From a virus (taxonomy: Duplodnaviria > Heunggongvirae > Uroviricota > Caudoviricetes): a DNA stretch of 7,725 nt. The first letter of the stretch is position 1. Every line of letters begins with the position of its first letter. This document shows, in pieces, positions 6,566 to 7,725 of this stretch. The notes beneath the pieces are model-generated. The model made no database searches, was not told where the DNA came from, and worked only from the letters and a program-made list of their open reading frames with translations. The translations under genes were made by a program, and so were the position numbers. The stretch lies in the IMG/VR virus record IMGVR_UViG_2778261422_000002; one strand, 5' to 3'.

Positions 6566-6593
6566 AGAGGTAGGGACTCAAATCCCTTCCTCT
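6566..6593 (+). other. Interrupted hairpin AGAGG-t-AGGGA-ctcaaa-TCCCT-t-CCTCT between the iterons and the ogr-like gene
   Basis: Read directly: 6566-6570 pairs with 6589-6593 and 6572-6576 pairs with 6583-6587, with a 6-nt loop. No U-tract follows, so it is unlikely to be a terminator; it may be a protein-binding dyad or RNA structure in the 5' region of the ogr-like gene. Confidence 0.25.
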
Positions 6594-6621
6594 GGCGGGC
6601 AACAGTATAGGGCACAGAACG

Positions 6622-6894
6622 ATGAAGATGATGAGAATGTACTGCCCCACATGTCAGGCAGTAGCGCGGATAGGTAAAACAAACAGGAAACACCCACAAC
6701 TGTATGATGTGTACTGCTATTGCTCTAATGTGGAGTGCGGTCACTCGTTTGTGATGAATGTTGCATTCTCCCATTCCGTTAGTCCAAGCGCGCTGAACGG
6801 GCAGGGGAGGGTTAAAGAGCTAATTGATGCCATTCCACCCGAGGAGCGGGAAAAGGCTTTAAAGTTGCTGCTGGCTGCGCAAAAGAACAGGTAA
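6622..6894 (+). CDS. Ogr/Delta-family zinc-finger transcriptional activator (single-domain, Ogr-like), 90 aa or less
   Basis: Translation contains C-P-T-C ... C-Y-C-S-N-V-E-C-G-H-S-F, matching the Ogr/Delta pattern (P2 Ogr: CPLC ... CQNVNC, recalled). The start is ambiguous among ATG 6622, 6628, 6631 and 6637; Ogr-like proteins begin just before the first Cys pair, so the true start may be 6637. Confidence 0.8.
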   Translation: MKMMRMYCPTCQAVARIGKTNRKHPQLYDVYCYCSNVECGHSFVMNVAFSHSVSPSALNGQGRVKELIDAIPPEEREKALKLLLAAQKNR

Positions 6895-7725
6895 AGTATG
6901 CGTCGGGAATGGCCGATCCGTTCCCGAAACCTGAACACAGGATTTCAGTTAATTAGAATATAAAGTTATTATTTTTCATATGGTTATATTTTTCGCGTTT
7001 TACGAGCCTTCATAAAATCACACACCTAAAATAAATTATCCATTTAATATCATAGTGTTGCGTATTCAGACCACAGACACAACGGACAGTAAAACTGAAA
7101 AAATCTGAATTTTTTTTCATTCTTTTCAGTTCCTGTATCGCAGTACATCCCCAGCACCGGCGCGGACTGGCGGTGTCGTTTGTAAAAAATCCTGACTGAA
7201 AAATTTTAGTGATATGAAAACCGCAGGCGGGTGCGGTGTAGTGCGATTTTTGTCAAAAATGGTTTTCGTGTGTATGCCATAGTTCTATGCACGATTATGA
7301 AAAGAACATTATTTCATAGTGTTGATATCAAAGAAAAATTTTCTGAAAGTAAATGAATTTTCATAGAAATCAATTGGTTGATATGTCTTGGTGACGATAT
7401 TTTTGATGTCTAGAACGTATAGTTTTAGTGACTACTCATAAAACTATTGATTGAATAGTATAAATGTACTTTGAAGTGATTTGTTAAAGTTAATAAATAC
7501 AATGAGTTATAATGAATTCCATGAAAAAAATGAGAGATTGGGTAATGTTGCAAATTGCAAAAAACGCAAGTGATAGACTGTAAAAGTAACGAGTACTTTT
7601 GTTATAGTAGAGAGGTTATGATTGGTTTTCAATGTAATAAATTTTTTGTTAAAGGAATATACAATTGTTTATATTATCTCAAAAAACATTTACTAAATAT
7701 ATTTTAAAGGTGGCTAAATATATTC

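Larger units (their letters stand above)
267..6894 (+). mobile_element. Part of a P4-like satellite / PICI-type integrated element (AlpA, capsid homolog, alpha-type primase, iteron ori, Ogr/Delta-like activator); element boundaries are not in the window
   Basis: Gene content and order: AlpA-family regulator, alpha-type primase-helicase with downstream iterons, and an Ogr/Delta zinc finger are hallmarks of P4-like satellites and enterobacterial PICIs. No integrase or att site is visible. Confidence 0.6.

Noticed and set aside
6550-6938. Minus-strand ORFs 6550-6774 and 6741-6938
   Set aside because: They overlap the Ogr/Delta-like gene, whose zinc-finger motif is diagnostic; the antisense translations have no recognisable features.
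7618-7707. 29-aa ORF (MIGFQCNKFFVKGIYNCLYYLKKHLLNIF) preceded by AGAGAGG
   Set aside because: Only 2 nt separate the SD-like sequence from the ATG, and such ORFs are frequent by chance in AT-rich DNA; not supported without expression data.

Overview
All convincing genes lie on the + strand and together look like the regulatory/replication core of a P4-like satellite or PICI-type integrated element of enterobacterial type, with P2-like additions. Order: an AT-rich upstream region with a tandem repeat and a palindrome; an AlpA-family regulator (282-509); an unknown 286-aa protein (527-1387); a P2 gpN-family major capsid homolog (1410-2414); a non-coding region (2415-2888) with a candidate promoter, an intrinsic terminator and two conserved sequence boxes that recur at the ribosome-binding site of the next gene; three small translationally coupled ORFs (2889-3728); an alpha-type primase-helicase (3725-6022) followed by a coupled or frameshifted C-terminal ORF (to 6339); an iteron array of GGTAAC/GTTACC hexamers (6366-6554) that is probably the replication origin; an Ogr/Delta-family zinc-finger activator (6622-6894); and about 800 bp of AT-rich DNA with no long ORF. 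No integrase, sid, psu, rRNA, tRNA or CRISPR array is visible. The two most interesting points are a satellite-type module that carries its own capsid gene with an unknown partner, and an apparent RNA-based switch in front of the replication operon. Every family assignment is from reading the translations and recalled motifs; no database search was run.
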